64,000 bases of DNA from Pseudomonadota bacterium (GCA_021849615.1 JAJZSQ010000002.1:7673-71672); one strand, 5' to 3'. Positions 15,161 to 26,942 are shown, counted from the first letter of the stretch. Notes: generated from the letters alone by a model not told the origin. A program made the numbers and translations.

Positions 15161-16253
15161 CCCGGCGGGCCGCACCACGGGCCCCGGTGGCCGTTCGGCC
15201 GGCGCGGCTCAGCGCACGGCGTCCCAGGCGCAGTGCATCGGCGAGGTACGACTCGGCGCGGGCGCGCCAGGCCGGCTGCTCGAGCGCGAAGGCCGCATCG
15301 CGCAGATGCCAGGCGCTGATCTGGGCGCGCACCGCGGCGCGACGGCTCATGTAGAAGTCGATCAGCGCCGCCGGTGCGCGGTCGGCGCTCGAGCGGCGGT
15401 AATGCGCAATCAGGCGCGAGGCGCTGCGGGCGTCCGCGAGGCGCGCGCATTCGAGTGCCAGGAACGCGATTTCCTCGGCCGGATCGAGCCGCCGCAGGTC
15501 GGCGTCGAACTCCAGACAGTCGATCACGCACAGCCGCGAGGCGCGCGAATCGAGGAACACGTGCTCGGGTCGAAGATCGCCGTGCCCGTCACGCAGTTGC
15601 GCGGCGCGTCCGCGCAGGAGCGCTCCGTGCGTGGTGAGGAACTGCCGCTGAACCTTCGCCAGCGCCGCCACCCGGCGCGCATCGAGGCCGAGGTCGGCCG
15701 CGCACAACGCCCGGGCCGTGCTGTCCGTCTGCCGCCGCAGCCGCGCCAGATACGCTGCCTCGCCCATCGGCCGCCGCTCGGCGCCTGCGAAGAACCCCGC
15801 GAGCGTTGCCGTCAGCCGGGTCCAGTCGCGCTCCGTGACGCCACGGCGCACAAGCGTCCGCTCGAGGCTGCGCCCTGGCGCGAGCCTGCGCATCCGCACG
15901 AGCCAGTCGACGACCCGTGTTCCCGACCGCAGCGAAAGTCGTCCGGTGCGCGTCTGCTTCAGCGCCGCGAGGCCGAGATACACCGACGGGGCGAGCCGTC
16001 GGTTCAGCTGCAGTTCGGTGCGGCACGCCCGCTCCCGGTCCGCGAGGGTGCGGTAGTCCATCGAGGTCTGGCGCATCGGCTTCTTCAGCTTCAGGGCGTA
16101 CGATCCGACGAGAAATACCCAGGCGTAGTGCGTTTCGATGCACCCGATCGAGCGCGGTCGTGGCGTGTAGTGGCGCGGATCGGCCAGGTACGCGAGCTTT
16201 GCCGGCAGCGATGGAGCCGCGGGGGACGTGAGGGTGCGGTTCGAACGACTCAT
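15054..16253 (-). CDS. APH/choline-kinase-fold phosphotransferase-like protein
   Basis: Catalytic-loop-like HGDLRPEHVF followed by VIDCLEFD. The last ~35 codons are low-complexity and overlap the 3' end of the convergent prs-like gene. Confidence 0.65.
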   Translation of the reverse strand: MSRSNRTLTSPAAPSLPAKLAYLADPRHYTPRPRSIGCIETHYAWVFLVGSYALKLKKPMRQTSMDYRTLADRERACRTELQLNRRLAPSVYLGLAALKQTRTGRLSLRSGTRVVDWLVRMRRLAPGRSLERTLVRRGVTERDWTRLTATLAGFFAGAERRPMGEAAYLARLRRQTDSTARALCAADLGLDARRVAALAKVQRQFLTTHGALLRGRAAQLRDGHGDLRPEHVFLDSRASRLCVIDCLEFDADLRRLDPAEEIAFLALECARLADARSASRLIAHYRRSSADRAPAALIDFYMSRRAAVRAQISAWHLRDAAFALEQPAWRARAESYLADALRLGRRALSRAGRTATGARGAARRVTPRGAPATARAAAPPQRRSPSAARPGRAAARPTA

Positions 16254-16527
16254 GCAGCGCGCGGGGGGCCCCGATCCGATTCAGCGGCACGTGCCTGCAC
16301 ACGCAGCGCCGCCGCAGTCGCCGGCCACGTGCACCGCACTGTCGGGCACCGCGGCGACATCCGCCATCCGTAGAGCCCGCAGCAAGCGCCTCGCGGGCCG
16401 ACCGACTCGAGGGGGAGTAGTGCCGGAACGGAGAGGCTTAGGGATTTCCCTCACTGTCGGCGCACCCCGACTGGGCGTATCAGATGCCGGCATAGCGCAG
16501 GCGCGCGGCGCTCAGGAGCGGACCGCC

Positions 16528-17181
16528 ATGAACCCAACTCTTCGTGCAGCCTCTCAGCCAAAACTGTCTCTTGCGGCACGCCCCAAACGCAGCCGAGCGC
16601 GCGAAGGTCTGCTGGCCTTGCCACCGCCCAGGGTCCGCGGCGGGATGCCACTGTACTCGGCGCTCGCGCAGCGACGCTCGACCCGTGAGTTCTCCGACCG
16701 TCCGCTCACCCCCCAAGTGCTCTCCACCCTGCTGTGGGCCGCCTATGGCGTCAATCGCGACAGCGGCGAGCGTACGGCGCCGTACTGGCGTCACGTGATG
16801 GTCATCGAAGTGTATGTTGCGATGGCGGATGGCGTATGGCTATTCGAGCCGCAGGGCCGCATGCTCATCGCACACTTGCCGAACGATATTCGCGTCGCGA
16901 CGGGCACTCAGGAGTTTGCCGGAACAGCGCCGCTCGATCTGATCTACGTCGCGCACGGCGAGCGGATGAGCGGTCTGTCGCTCGTCGAGCGTCGCCTGTA
17001 TGCGTCGGTGGACGCCGCATTCATCGGGCAGAACGTGTATCTGTGCTGTGCCGCCGAGGGGCTCGGTACGGTGTTCCGCGGCGCGATCGACTATCGGGCA
17101 CTGACCCGTGCGCTGCAGCTGCCGCGCGAGCAGTTCGTCACGTTCGCGCAGACGGTCGGTTATCCTCGGGAAGGAACCTGA
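16528..17181 (+). CDS. Nitroreductase-family protein
   Basis: RRSTREFSDRPLTPQVLSTLLWAAYGVNR is the typical nitroreductase N-terminal signature. ATG at 16528 within track ORF 16228-17181. Confidence 0.8.
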   Translation: MNPTLRAASQPKLSLAARPKRSRAREGLLALPPPRVRGGMPLYSALAQRRSTREFSDRPLTPQVLSTLLWAAYGVNRDSGERTAPYWRHVMVIEVYVAMADGVWLFEPQGRMLIAHLPNDIRVATGTQEFAGTAPLDLIYVAHGERMSGLSLVERRLYASVDAAFIGQNVYLCCAAEGLGTVFRGAIDYRALTRALQLPREQFVTFAQTVGYPREGT

Positions 17182-17264
17182 GATGAGCGAGCCGGGTGCG
17201 GCTCCCGACCGCCATCTGACATCCTTCCCGTGGTAGCGTGGCCCCACTGGGGCAGGTCACGGTT

Positions 17265-17816
17265 TCAGGTGACACCCGCAGGATCGCTGGCGAGTCGCGC
17301 ATACATTTTGAAATTTCCAGGTGCACCGCGCACCTGACGGTAGGCGCGCAGCAGGCCCTCGAACGCGAAGCCGCACTTGAACAGGACGCGCTCGGAGCGC
17401 AGGTTCGTCTCCAACACCGTGGCCTGCAGTCGCTGCAAGCCGAGAGTTGCGTACGACCAGGCCGTGACGGCGCCGCAGACCGCGGTAGCGATTCCGCGGC
17501 CCCAGTACGGGCGCGCGAGATCGTAGGCGAGTTCGGCGCTGCGGTGCTCGAGCGAGATCGTATGCAAGCCGATCGTCCCGAGCAGGCGGCCGAATCGCTC
17601 GTCGATGATGGCGAAGCGCAGCGGGGCGGCCGGGTCTTGCGATAGGTAGCGGCGCAGAAGCGCCGCGAGCGACTCCGGTCCGTGCAGATCCCAACTCGTG
17701 TGCTCGATGACTGCCGGATCCGACAGATACGCGTACCAGTCCGGCAGATCCTCGTCCACGAGCCCGCGCAGCGCGATGCCCGGAAGTGGGCATCGCGGCG
17801 GGTCGTGCACGATCAC
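17265..17816 (-). CDS. GNAT N-acetyltransferase (RimJ/RimL-like)
   Basis: ...AELAYDLARPYWGRGIATAV...LQATVLETNLRSERVLFKCGFAFEG. Start is uncertain: GTG at the complement of 17814-17816 was chosen to avoid overlap with the neighbouring gene. Confidence 0.75.
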   Translation of the reverse strand: MIVHDPPRCPLPGIALRGLVDEDLPDWYAYLSDPAVIEHTSWDLHGPESLAALLRRYLSQDPAAPLRFAIIDERFGRLLGTIGLHTISLEHRSAELAYDLARPYWGRGIATAVCGAVTAWSYATLGLQRLQATVLETNLRSERVLFKCGFAFEGLLRAYRQVRGAPGNFKMYARLASDPAGVT

Positions 17817-17851
17817 GTTCGGCTCCGCGGCGGCGGGCCGCGCCGCTCCGC

Positions 17852-18097
17852 TCAGGCCTTCTTCAGCAGCCGCGTGATCCAGACCAGGATGACCGCGCCG
17901 ATGAACGCGACGATGATCGAGCCGATCAGGCTGCCACCGTGCCAGATGCCCAGTACACCGAACAGCCATCCGCCGAGCAGGCCGCCGAGGATCCCGAGCA
18001 CGATGTCCATCAGGACCCCGTAGCCGCCCCCTTTCATGACTTTACCGGCGCCCCAGCCGGCGATCAGACCGACAATCAACCAGGTGATGATGCCCAT
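17852..18097 (-). CDS. GlsB/YeaQ/YmgE-family stress membrane protein
   Basis: 81 aa, MGIITWLIVGLIAGWGAGKVMKGGGYG...; Gly-zipper TM helices typical of the family. Confidence 0.85.
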   Translation of the reverse strand: MGIITWLIVGLIAGWGAGKVMKGGGYGVLMDIVLGILGGLLGGWLFGVLGIWHGGSLIGSIIVAFIGAVILVWITRLLKKA

Positions 18098-18276
18098 GCT
18101 GTCCCCTGTAGAGCGCGAGCTCTGTGTTCGTTGGATTGCCGGAGCCGCCCAGGTGGCCGTTGATCCGGCGGACCGATCGTTGTTTATCCGCGAGCCGAAT
18201 CGATGATACGCCGCGCCGCGGACCCTCACAACGCGCGGGGCCGAATGTCGCGCGCCGGCGTCGTTGGCCGCAGGCG

Positions 18277-20100
18277 TCACTCGAGCGGCCAGACCTGGAT
18301 CCGCTCGGCGTCCAGATCGAACCGGCAGGGTTGTCCCGCCGGCAGATCGGCGGCGCACGCCGCGCCGATCAGCGCATCCCCGAATCGGATCAGCGCTCGC
18401 GGTAGTGGTCCATCCGTACGGCGCTCGACGATACCGCCGTAACGGCCGCTCTCGTGCAGCCAGACGCGGTCGGCCGGCACGCTCCAGCCGACCCGTCCGG
18501 CGGGCAGCGCTGCGCCGGGAACCACGAGCGTCGTGGCGCGCCCGAGGGCGAGCTCGTGTGTTCCTGCACTGAGGGCAGTGTTGACGTCCTCAGCGCCGAG
18601 CAGACGGGCGGCGAGCTCATTGACCGGACGGCGGAGCACCTCGGCCGCCGGACCGCTTTGCAGCGGGCGGCCCTCGGCCAACACCAGGATGTCATCGGCG
18701 AGCAGCAGTGCCTCGCCCGGATCGTGGGTCACGAGCAGCGTGACCACCGGCAGTTCCGCCTGCAGCGCACGTAACTCGCGACGCAGCGCCGCGCGCAGCG
18801 GCGCATCCAGCGCGGAGAACGGCTCATCGAGCAGCAGCAGCTCGGTGGGCCGCACCAGGGCACGGGCGAGCGCGACGCGCTGCTGCTGACCCAGGGACAG
18901 CTCCGCGGGCCGACGATGTTCGAGTGCGCCGAGCCCGAGCCGCTCGAGCCAGCGGGCCGCGAGTGCCGGGTCGGCGCCGGCCGGGAAGGCGAGTTGACCC
19001 TGCACGTCCAGGTGCGGAAAGAGCGCATAACTCTGTGGCACGTAGCCGATGCGCCGCGCCTCGGGCGGCAATGTGCTCAACTCGCGCGTGCCGATGTGTG
19101 TCGTGCCGTGCGGGCAGCGCTCCAGGCCCGCGATCAATTTCAGTGTCAGTGATTTGCCGGAGCCGGACGGCCCGAGGATCGCGAGCCGGCGTGCCGTGCT
19201 CTGCCAGTGCACCGCGAGCGAGAAGCCGCGCAGAGATTTTTCGAACGAGAACGACAGACCGCCTGGAGCGGGCGGCAGTTCGGGCGCGGCGTACGGCGGG
19301 GTACTCACCGCTCGGCGCGGCGTGATCGGCGCCCGGGCGCGGGCCGCGCGCCGGGTACCGGCGAGGGTGCTCAGGGCCATCACCCCCAGCGCCAGCACGA
19401 GCGCCGGCAGCAACACCGGCAGCATCGCGGGCAGACCCTGTTCGCCGAAAGCCACGTAGGTGTACACCGGCAGCGAGTAGGGATGGTAGGCGACCATCAC
19501 CGTGGCCCCGAATTCTCCGAACGCACGCAGCCATGCGAGCAGCAGACCGGCGAGCAGCGCCGCTCGTGTCGTCGGCAACGTCGCGCGCAGGAACACCGCG
19601 AGCCGGCCGCGGCCGAGCGTCGCGGCGACATCCTCGATCGCCGGATCCATCGCGGCAAATGCCGAACGCGCCGCGATGATGACGAACGGTGCGGACACGA
19701 AAGTTTCGGCGAGCACGATGCCGGCGAAGGAGTCCGTGAGCGCACCGTGGGCGAGCCGTCCGAGCGGACCGTGGTAGCCGAGCAGGAACAGCAGCAGCAC
19801 GCCGCTGGCGAGCGGGGGCAATGCCAGAGGCAGCTGCACGAGCAGTCCGAGCACACTCATGGCGCGGCCGCGCACGCGCGCGAGCAGCCAGCCGAGCGGG
19901 ATGCCGCACAGCGCCGTCAGTGCCGTTGCGAGGCTCGCGCTGGCGAGCGATACGGCGCAGGCATGCGCCAGTGCGCCGTAATCGACGCTGCTCCAGTGTG
20001 TCGCGGCCGCCGCCTGCACGCCGGCCAGCAGCGGGGCGAGCAGATACATCGCCAGCAGTGCGGCGAGCCAGGGCAGAGGCGAGGCGAGCGATCGCGACAC
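18277..20100 (-). CDS. Fused ABC importer permease + ATPase (molybdate/tungstate/sulfate type)
   Basis: N-terminal CysT/ModB-like permease with an EAA-type loop (IEDVAATLGRGRL). C-terminal ATPase with Walker A GPSGSGKS, signature LSLGQQQR and Walker B LLLDEPFSALD, plus a TOBE-like tail. Confidence 0.85.
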   Translation of the reverse strand: MSRSLASPLPWLAALLAMYLLAPLLAGVQAAAATHWSSVDYGALAHACAVSLASASLATALTALCGIPLGWLLARVRGRAMSVLGLLVQLPLALPPLASGVLLLFLLGYHGPLGRLAHGALTDSFAGIVLAETFVSAPFVIIAARSAFAAMDPAIEDVAATLGRGRLAVFLRATLPTTRAALLAGLLLAWLRAFGEFGATVMVAYHPYSLPVYTYVAFGEQGLPAMLPVLLPALVLALGVMALSTLAGTRRAARARAPITPRRAVSTPPYAAPELPPAPGGLSFSFEKSLRGFSLAVHWQSTARRLAILGPSGSGKSLTLKLIAGLERCPHGTTHIGTRELSTLPPEARRIGYVPQSYALFPHLDVQGQLAFPAGADPALAARWLERLGLGALEHRRPAELSLGQQQRVALARALVRPTELLLLDEPFSALDAPLRAALRRELRALQAELPVVTLLVTHDPGEALLLADDILVLAEGRPLQSGPAAEVLRRPVNELAARLLGAEDVNTALSAGTHELALGRATTLVVPGAALPAGRVGWSVPADRVWLHESGRYGGIVERRTDGPLPRALIRFGDALIGAACAADLPAGQPCRFDLDAERIQVWPLE

Positions 20101-20171
20101 GGCGGCGCGGCGGCGCGGCTAGGCGGGCGGACGCGTCGGCCCGCGGGCGCCAGCCCCCGGGCGCGCGTGGC

Positions 20172-21128
20172 TCATCGGTGTGCGCCGTCGTGCAGCAGCC
20201 GGCGCAGCGGGCCGGGCAGCGTCCGCTCATCGCCGCTCGCGACGGGTGCGAACACCCTCAGGCCGTGTGCCCGCATCAGCTTGCGGCCGACGGGGCCGAG
20301 CAGAAATTTGATGAAGGCCACCCCGGCGCGCCGATGCGGGGCGTCCCGAACCAGTGCGACGGTATACAGGGCCTCGGGGGTGAGTTTGGGCGGCAGCCGG
20401 ACCGCCGGAATCCCGGCCGCGGCGGTCTCGGTCGAGTAGAAGAACCCGGCATCGAGCTGCCCGGACTGCAGCCGCCCGAGCAGCGTCTCCTCGGGCAGCA
20501 CCTGGGCGGGATTCTCCGCCCCGCCGAGCACGCGGTGCGCCAGTCCCGGCAGGTGGTAGCGAACCGCTGCGCGGCGCAGCAGACGCACGGTGAGCGCCCC
20601 CTTCGGGTCGAGTTTCGGGTCGGTGCGGCCCAGGCGCAGGCCCGGCTGCTGCAGCACCTGGTACCACGGCCGTGAGCGCCACAGCGGCGCGAAGCGGCTC
20701 TGCGGGTTGTAGCCGATCACCAGCGGTGAGCGGGCGAAGGTGAGGTAGGCGCCGATCCAACGGCCCTCGTGCCGGCCCATCAGCCGAGCGTTGATCGACG
20801 GCGCGGCGCTGATGAACACATCGGCCCGGCGCAGCCGTGCGGCGATCTCGTTGGCGAGCAGCTTCGAGCCGCCGGCAAAGCCGCGGAAGCGATCGCCGCT
20901 CGCCTGATCGAAGGCCGGACCGATCGCCTGCTCCATGAGATTCACCAGTGAACCGGCGTACAGCACGTTGACGTCGGTGGCGGCGCGGGCGGGTGCGGCC
21001 GCGCCGAGAATTGCACCGAGCAGCGCGGTGGCCGCCCCGAGCGCCACTGCTCGCGCACGCGGTGCGCGGCCTTGCGCTGGGCGGGTGGTCCGGCGCCGTC
21101 GCAGGCGCTGTGTGAGGGTGAGTTTCAT
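20172..21128 (-). CDS. Periplasmic oxyanion (molybdate/tungstate-type) substrate-binding protein
   Basis: Arg-rich signal peptide ending APARA, then a VLYAGSL motif typical of ModA/WtpA-like binding proteins. Directly upstream of the fused permease-ATPase. Confidence 0.8.
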   Translation of the reverse strand: MKLTLTQRLRRRRTTRPAQGRAPRARAVALGAATALLGAILGAAAPARAATDVNVLYAGSLVNLMEQAIGPAFDQASGDRFRGFAGGSKLLANEIAARLRRADVFISAAPSINARLMGRHEGRWIGAYLTFARSPLVIGYNPQSRFAPLWRSRPWYQVLQQPGLRLGRTDPKLDPKGALTVRLLRRAAVRYHLPGLAHRVLGGAENPAQVLPEETLLGRLQSGQLDAGFFYSTETAAAGIPAVRLPPKLTPEALYTVALVRDAPHRRAGVAFIKFLLGPVGRKLMRAHGLRVFAPVASGDERTLPGPLRRLLHDGAHR

Positions 21129-21165
21129 GGGACGATGCTACCGCCTCTTCTGCGTACCGGTCCGC

Positions 21166-23255
<2,090 letters not shown>

Positions 23256-23300
23256 CGCCCGAAGGGCCGTGCGCCGCGCACGGCCGAGTGCACGGAAATC

Positions 23301-23942
23301 ATGCAACCCATCGGACTGTTCGGCGGTACCTTCGACCCGATCCATTACGGCCACCTGCGCACGGCGTTCGAGCTGCGCCAGCTGTTGCGGCTCACCGAGG
23401 TGCGGTTCCTGCCCACCGGCAATCCGCCGCACCGCGAGCAGACCATCGCCAATGCCGAGCTGCGGCTGCGCATGGTGCGTGCGGCGGTCGCCGGCGAGCC
23501 GGCCTTCACCGTCGATGACCGCGAGATGCGCCGCAGCGGCGTGTCGTACTCGGTGGATACCCTCGCGGAGCTGCGCGTCGAGCATCCGCACCGTTCGCTG
23601 TGCCTGCTGCTCGGCATGGACGCGTTTCTCGGGCTGCCCCACTGGCATCGCTGGCGGGAGCTGCTCGCGCTGGCGCACGTCGTGGTCGCGCACCGACCCG
23701 GCTGGAAGGCGCCGACCCACGGCCCGCTCGGGGAGGTCATGGTCGATCACGGCACCGGCTCGATCCGCGACCTGCACGAGCAGCCCGCCGGCAAGGTCTA
23801 CATCCACGCCGTGACGCAGCTCGAGATCTCCTCGACCGAACTGCGCCAGCTTATCCTCGCCGGGCGCGATCCGCGCTATCTCGTGCCGGATGAGGTGCGC
23901 CGTCTTCTGCTCGACACCCAGTGCTATTCTCCGCAAACATGA
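23301..23942 (+). CDS. nadD: Nicotinate-nucleotide adenylyltransferase
   Basis: GGTFDPIHYGHL nucleotidyltransferase motif and SSTELR near the C-terminus. Confidence 0.92.
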   Translation: MQPIGLFGGTFDPIHYGHLRTAFELRQLLRLTEVRFLPTGNPPHREQTIANAELRLRMVRAAVAGEPAFTVDDREMRRSGVSYSVDTLAELRVEHPHRSLCLLLGMDAFLGLPHWHRWRELLALAHVVVAHRPGWKAPTHGPLGEVMVDHGTGSIRDLHEQPAGKVYIHAVTQLEISSTELRQLILAGRDPRYLVPDEVRRLLLDTQCYSPQT

Positions 23943-24358
23943 CCACCCGAACTCCCGCGCGACGCGGCAAGACCACCCGATCCCGCGCACGCGCCAAGGG
24001 CGCCGCAGCGTTGCTGCGCGTCGTGCTCGGCGCACTTGACGACATGAAGGCCGTGAACCTCAAGGTCATCGACGTGCGCGGCCTGACCGACGTCGCCGAC
24101 ACGCTCGTGATCGCGTCCGGCACCTCCGACCGGCACGTCCGTTCGCTCGCCGAGCACGTGGTTGCGCAGGCCAAGGTGCACGGCGTGCGTCCGCTCGGCA
24201 TGGAGGGCGAGCGCGAAGGCGAATGGGTCCTGGTGGACCTGCAGGACATCGTCGTGCACGTGATGCTGCCGCGGGTGCGCGAGTTCTACGCTCTGGAGCG
24301 GCTCTGGGAAGCCGGTCCGGCGGCCGAGCCCCCCGTACACACGGCCAGCCATCCCTAG
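23939..24358 (+). CDS. rsfS: Ribosomal silencing factor RsfS (iojap)
   Basis: ...DDMKAVNLKVIDVRGLTDVADTLVIASGTSDRHVRSLAE...WVLVDLQDIVVHVM. ATG overlaps the nadD stop (ATGA). Confidence 0.88.
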   Translation: MTTRTPARRGKTTRSRARAKGAAALLRVVLGALDDMKAVNLKVIDVRGLTDVADTLVIASGTSDRHVRSLAEHVVAQAKVHGVRPLGMEGEREGEWVLVDLQDIVVHVMLPRVREFYALERLWEAGPAAEPPVHTASHP

Positions 24359-24378
24359 CGGCCCCGGGGGCGCCCGCC

Positions 24379-24849
24379 ATGCGCGTGCGGCTGATCGCCG
24401 TCGGCACCCGGCCGCCGACCTGGGTGAGTCAGGGATACGAGGAATACGCGCGTCGCCTCGGCCCTCAGCTGAAGCTCACGCTGGTGCAGATCGAGCCCGG
24501 TCGGCGCAGCGCCGGCCAGGATCCGCACCGCGCCATCGAGACCGAGGGTCGCAAGATACTCGCGGCGCTGCAGGACGGAGAATTCGTCGTGGCGCTCGAT
24601 GAACACGGCCGGCAGATGCCGACCCGCCCGTTCGCCGACTGGCTGGCCGCGCGGATGCACGCGGGGCAGGACCTCACCTTCCTGATTGGCGGGCCGGACG
24701 GCTTTGCACCCGAAGTGCGCGCGCGGGCCGACCTGCTGCTGTCGCTCTCGGCGCTCACCCTGCCGCATGCACTGGTGCGGGTCGTGCTCGCCGAGCAGCT
24801 GTACCGGGCGCTTAGCATCCTGGCCCATCACCCGTATCATCGCGACTGA
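24379..24849 (+). CDS. rlmH: 23S rRNA m3-pseudouridine1915 methyltransferase RlmH
   Basis: MRVRLIAVGTRPPTWV...FLIGGPDGF...LSLSALTLPH...EQLYRALSILAHHPYHRD. Confidence 0.92.
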   Translation: MRVRLIAVGTRPPTWVSQGYEEYARRLGPQLKLTLVQIEPGRRSAGQDPHRAIETEGRKILAALQDGEFVVALDEHGRQMPTRPFADWLAARMHAGQDLTFLIGGPDGFAPEVRARADLLLSLSALTLPHALVRVVLAEQLYRALSILAHHPYHRD

Positions 24850-25451
24850 TGACCTCAGAGCCCACCCCTGCGCTCGTGTGCCTCGCCTCCGCCTCGCCGC
24901 GGCGGCGCGATCTGCTCTGGCAGATCGGCGTGGCGCACAAGGCGGTGCCGGCGAACCTCGATGAAAATCCCCTGCCCGCAGAGTCCCCGCACGATTACGT
25001 CGAGCGGCTGGCGGTGGAGAAGGCGATGACGGTGCGCCATCGCGGGGAGCGCCTGCCGGTGCTGGCGGCCGATACCGCGGTGGTGCTCGACGGGGTGGTG
25101 TTCGGCAAACCCGTCGATCGCGCCGATGCGCTCGCGATGCTGGGCCGGCTGTCGGGGCGGGTGCACCAGGTGCTCACCGCCGTGGCGCTGGCGAGCGAGC
25201 GCAGCGTCGAGGTGCGCGTCAGCGCCACTTCGGTGCGATTGCGCGAGCTGACGTTGGCGGAACGTGAAGCGTACTGGCAGAGCGGCGAGCCGCGCGACAA
25301 GGCCGGCGGCTACGCCATCCAGGGCTACGGCGCGGTGTTCGTCGAGTCGCTCTCGGGCAGTTACTCCGGGGTGGTGGGGCTGCCGCTCGCGGAGACGGCC
25401 GAGCTGCTGCGCGCCGCCGGCATCGCCGTCTGGCGGGGCAGTCGCGCTTGA
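24849..25451 (+). CDS. maf: Maf-like nucleoside triphosphate pyrophosphatase
   Basis: LASASPRRRDLL...ADTAVVLDG...KAGGYAIQG. Followed by rng as in E. coli (yhdE-rng). Confidence 0.9.
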   Translation: MTSEPTPALVCLASASPRRRDLLWQIGVAHKAVPANLDENPLPAESPHDYVERLAVEKAMTVRHRGERLPVLAADTAVVLDGVVFGKPVDRADALAMLGRLSGRVHQVLTAVALASERSVEVRVSATSVRLRELTLAEREAYWQSGEPRDKAGGYAIQGYGAVFVESLSGSYSGVVGLPLAETAELLRAAGIAVWRGSRA

Positions 25452-26908
25452 GGGAGATCCTGATCAACGTTGGGCCGCGCGAGACGCGCGCCGCGCTCAT
25501 CGAAGAGAACATCGTCCAGGAGATTTTCATCGAGCGCGCCAGCCGCCGGCGGCTGGTGAGCAACCTGTACAAGGGCCGCGTGATGCGGGTGCTGCCCGGC
25601 ATGCAGGCCGCCTTCCTCGACATCGGGCTCGAGCGCACCGCGTTTCTGCACGTCGATGACATCGTGCGCCCGCCGCTCGAGGAGGGCGAGCCGGCACCGA
25701 CCGGCACGACCCCCGAAGTCGACGTGCGCCGGCTGCTCAGCCCGGGCGATGAGCTGCTGGTGCAGGTGATCAAGGATCCGATCGGCACCAAGGGGGCGCG
25801 CCTGACGACGTTCGTCACGCTGCCGGCCCGCTACCTGGTGTACCTGCCGCAGGGTGAAGGCATCGGCGTGTCGGCCAAGATCGAGGAGGAGGACGAGCGC
25901 GTGCGGCTGAAGACGCTGCTCGGGCAGCTGCGCCCGCAGGGCGGCGGGTTCATCCTGCGCACGGCCGCGCAGGGCGCCACCGCCGAGGGGCTGCGCGAGG
26001 ACATTGAGTACCTCGAGCGGCTGTGGCGGCACGTGCGCCAGCGCGCCCTGGCCTCGCCCCCCGGCGCGGTGGTCCACGAGGATCTGCCGCTCGCGCTGCG
26101 GCTGCTGCGCGATGAGCTCTCGCGGGGCGTTGAAGTGGTGCGGGTCGATTGCGCCGAGACCCTGGCGCGCATGCGCGAGTTTGCCGACGAGTTCATGCCG
26201 GGCGTGGCGGCGCGGCTGGAGCTGTACGGCGGGCCGCGGCCGATATTTGATCTGCACGGGGTCGAGGCGGAGATCGGTCGCGCGCTCGAGCGCCGGGTGA
26301 TGCTGCGCTCCGGGGGGCACCTGGTCATCGAACAGACCGAGGCGATGACCACGATCGACGTGAACACCGGCGGCTACGTCGGTCATCGCAACCTCGAGGA
26401 GACGAGCTTTCGGACCAATCTCGAGGCGGCCGAAGCGATCGGCCGGCAGCTGCGCCTGCGCAACCTCGGCGGCATCATCATCATCGATTTCATCGACATG
26501 CACGCCGAATCGCATCGGCGGCAGATCCTCGCCGCCCTGGAGCGCTCCCTCACGGGGGATCGGGCCCAGAGCCGCATCGTCAGCCTCTCCCCGCTCGGAC
26601 TGGTGGAGATGACCCGCAAGCGCACCCGCGAGAGCCTCTCGCATCTGCTGTGCGAGCCCTGTCCGGCCTGCGAGGGGCGCGGCTTCGTCAAGACGGCCGA
26701 GACGGTCTGCCATGAGATCTTCCGCGAACTGCAGCGCCAGGAGAGCGCCGGGGAGGTGCTGGTGCTGGCGCACCCGGCGGTCGTCGACCGGCTGCTCGAG
26801 GCGGAGTCTGCGGCGCTCGGGGCGCTGCAGAGCGCCGCCGGGCGCGCGGTGCGGCTGCAGGTCGAGGCGCTCTACGGCGTCGATCAGTTCGACGTCGTGG
26901 CGCTGTAA
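25448..26908 (+). CDS. rng: Ribonuclease G
   Basis: LREILINVGPRETRAALIEENIVQEIFIERAS matches the E. coli RNase G N-terminus. S1 domain and a DNase-I-like catalytic core (IIIIDFIDM). TTG start overlaps the maf stop. Confidence 0.93.
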   Translation: MREILINVGPRETRAALIEENIVQEIFIERASRRRLVSNLYKGRVMRVLPGMQAAFLDIGLERTAFLHVDDIVRPPLEEGEPAPTGTTPEVDVRRLLSPGDELLVQVIKDPIGTKGARLTTFVTLPARYLVYLPQGEGIGVSAKIEEEDERVRLKTLLGQLRPQGGGFILRTAAQGATAEGLREDIEYLERLWRHVRQRALASPPGAVVHEDLPLALRLLRDELSRGVEVVRVDCAETLARMREFADEFMPGVAARLELYGGPRPIFDLHGVEAEIGRALERRVMLRSGGHLVIEQTEAMTTIDVNTGGYVGHRNLEETSFRTNLEAAEAIGRQLRLRNLGGIIIIDFIDMHAESHRRQILAALERSLTGDRAQSRIVSLSPLGLVEMTRKRTRESLSHLLCEPCPACEGRGFVKTAETVCHEIFRELQRQESAGEVLVLAHPAVVDRLLEAESAALGALQSAAGRAVRLQVEALYGVDQFDVVAL

Positions 26909-26942
26909 GGCGCCTGCGCGGCGGACGGAGTACGCTTCGGGC

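Noticed and set aside
13607-15178. 523-aa - strand ORF, plus 13260-14039 and 13936-14574
   Set aside because: Antisense to the DLH-like and Prs-like genes; Arg/Ala-rich with no motifs.
17265-18097. GNAT next to a small gene as a possible GNAT-toxin/antitoxin pair
   Set aside because: The neighbour is a GlsB/YmgE membrane protein, not an RHH/DUF1778 antitoxin. The GNAT looks RimJ/RimL-like.
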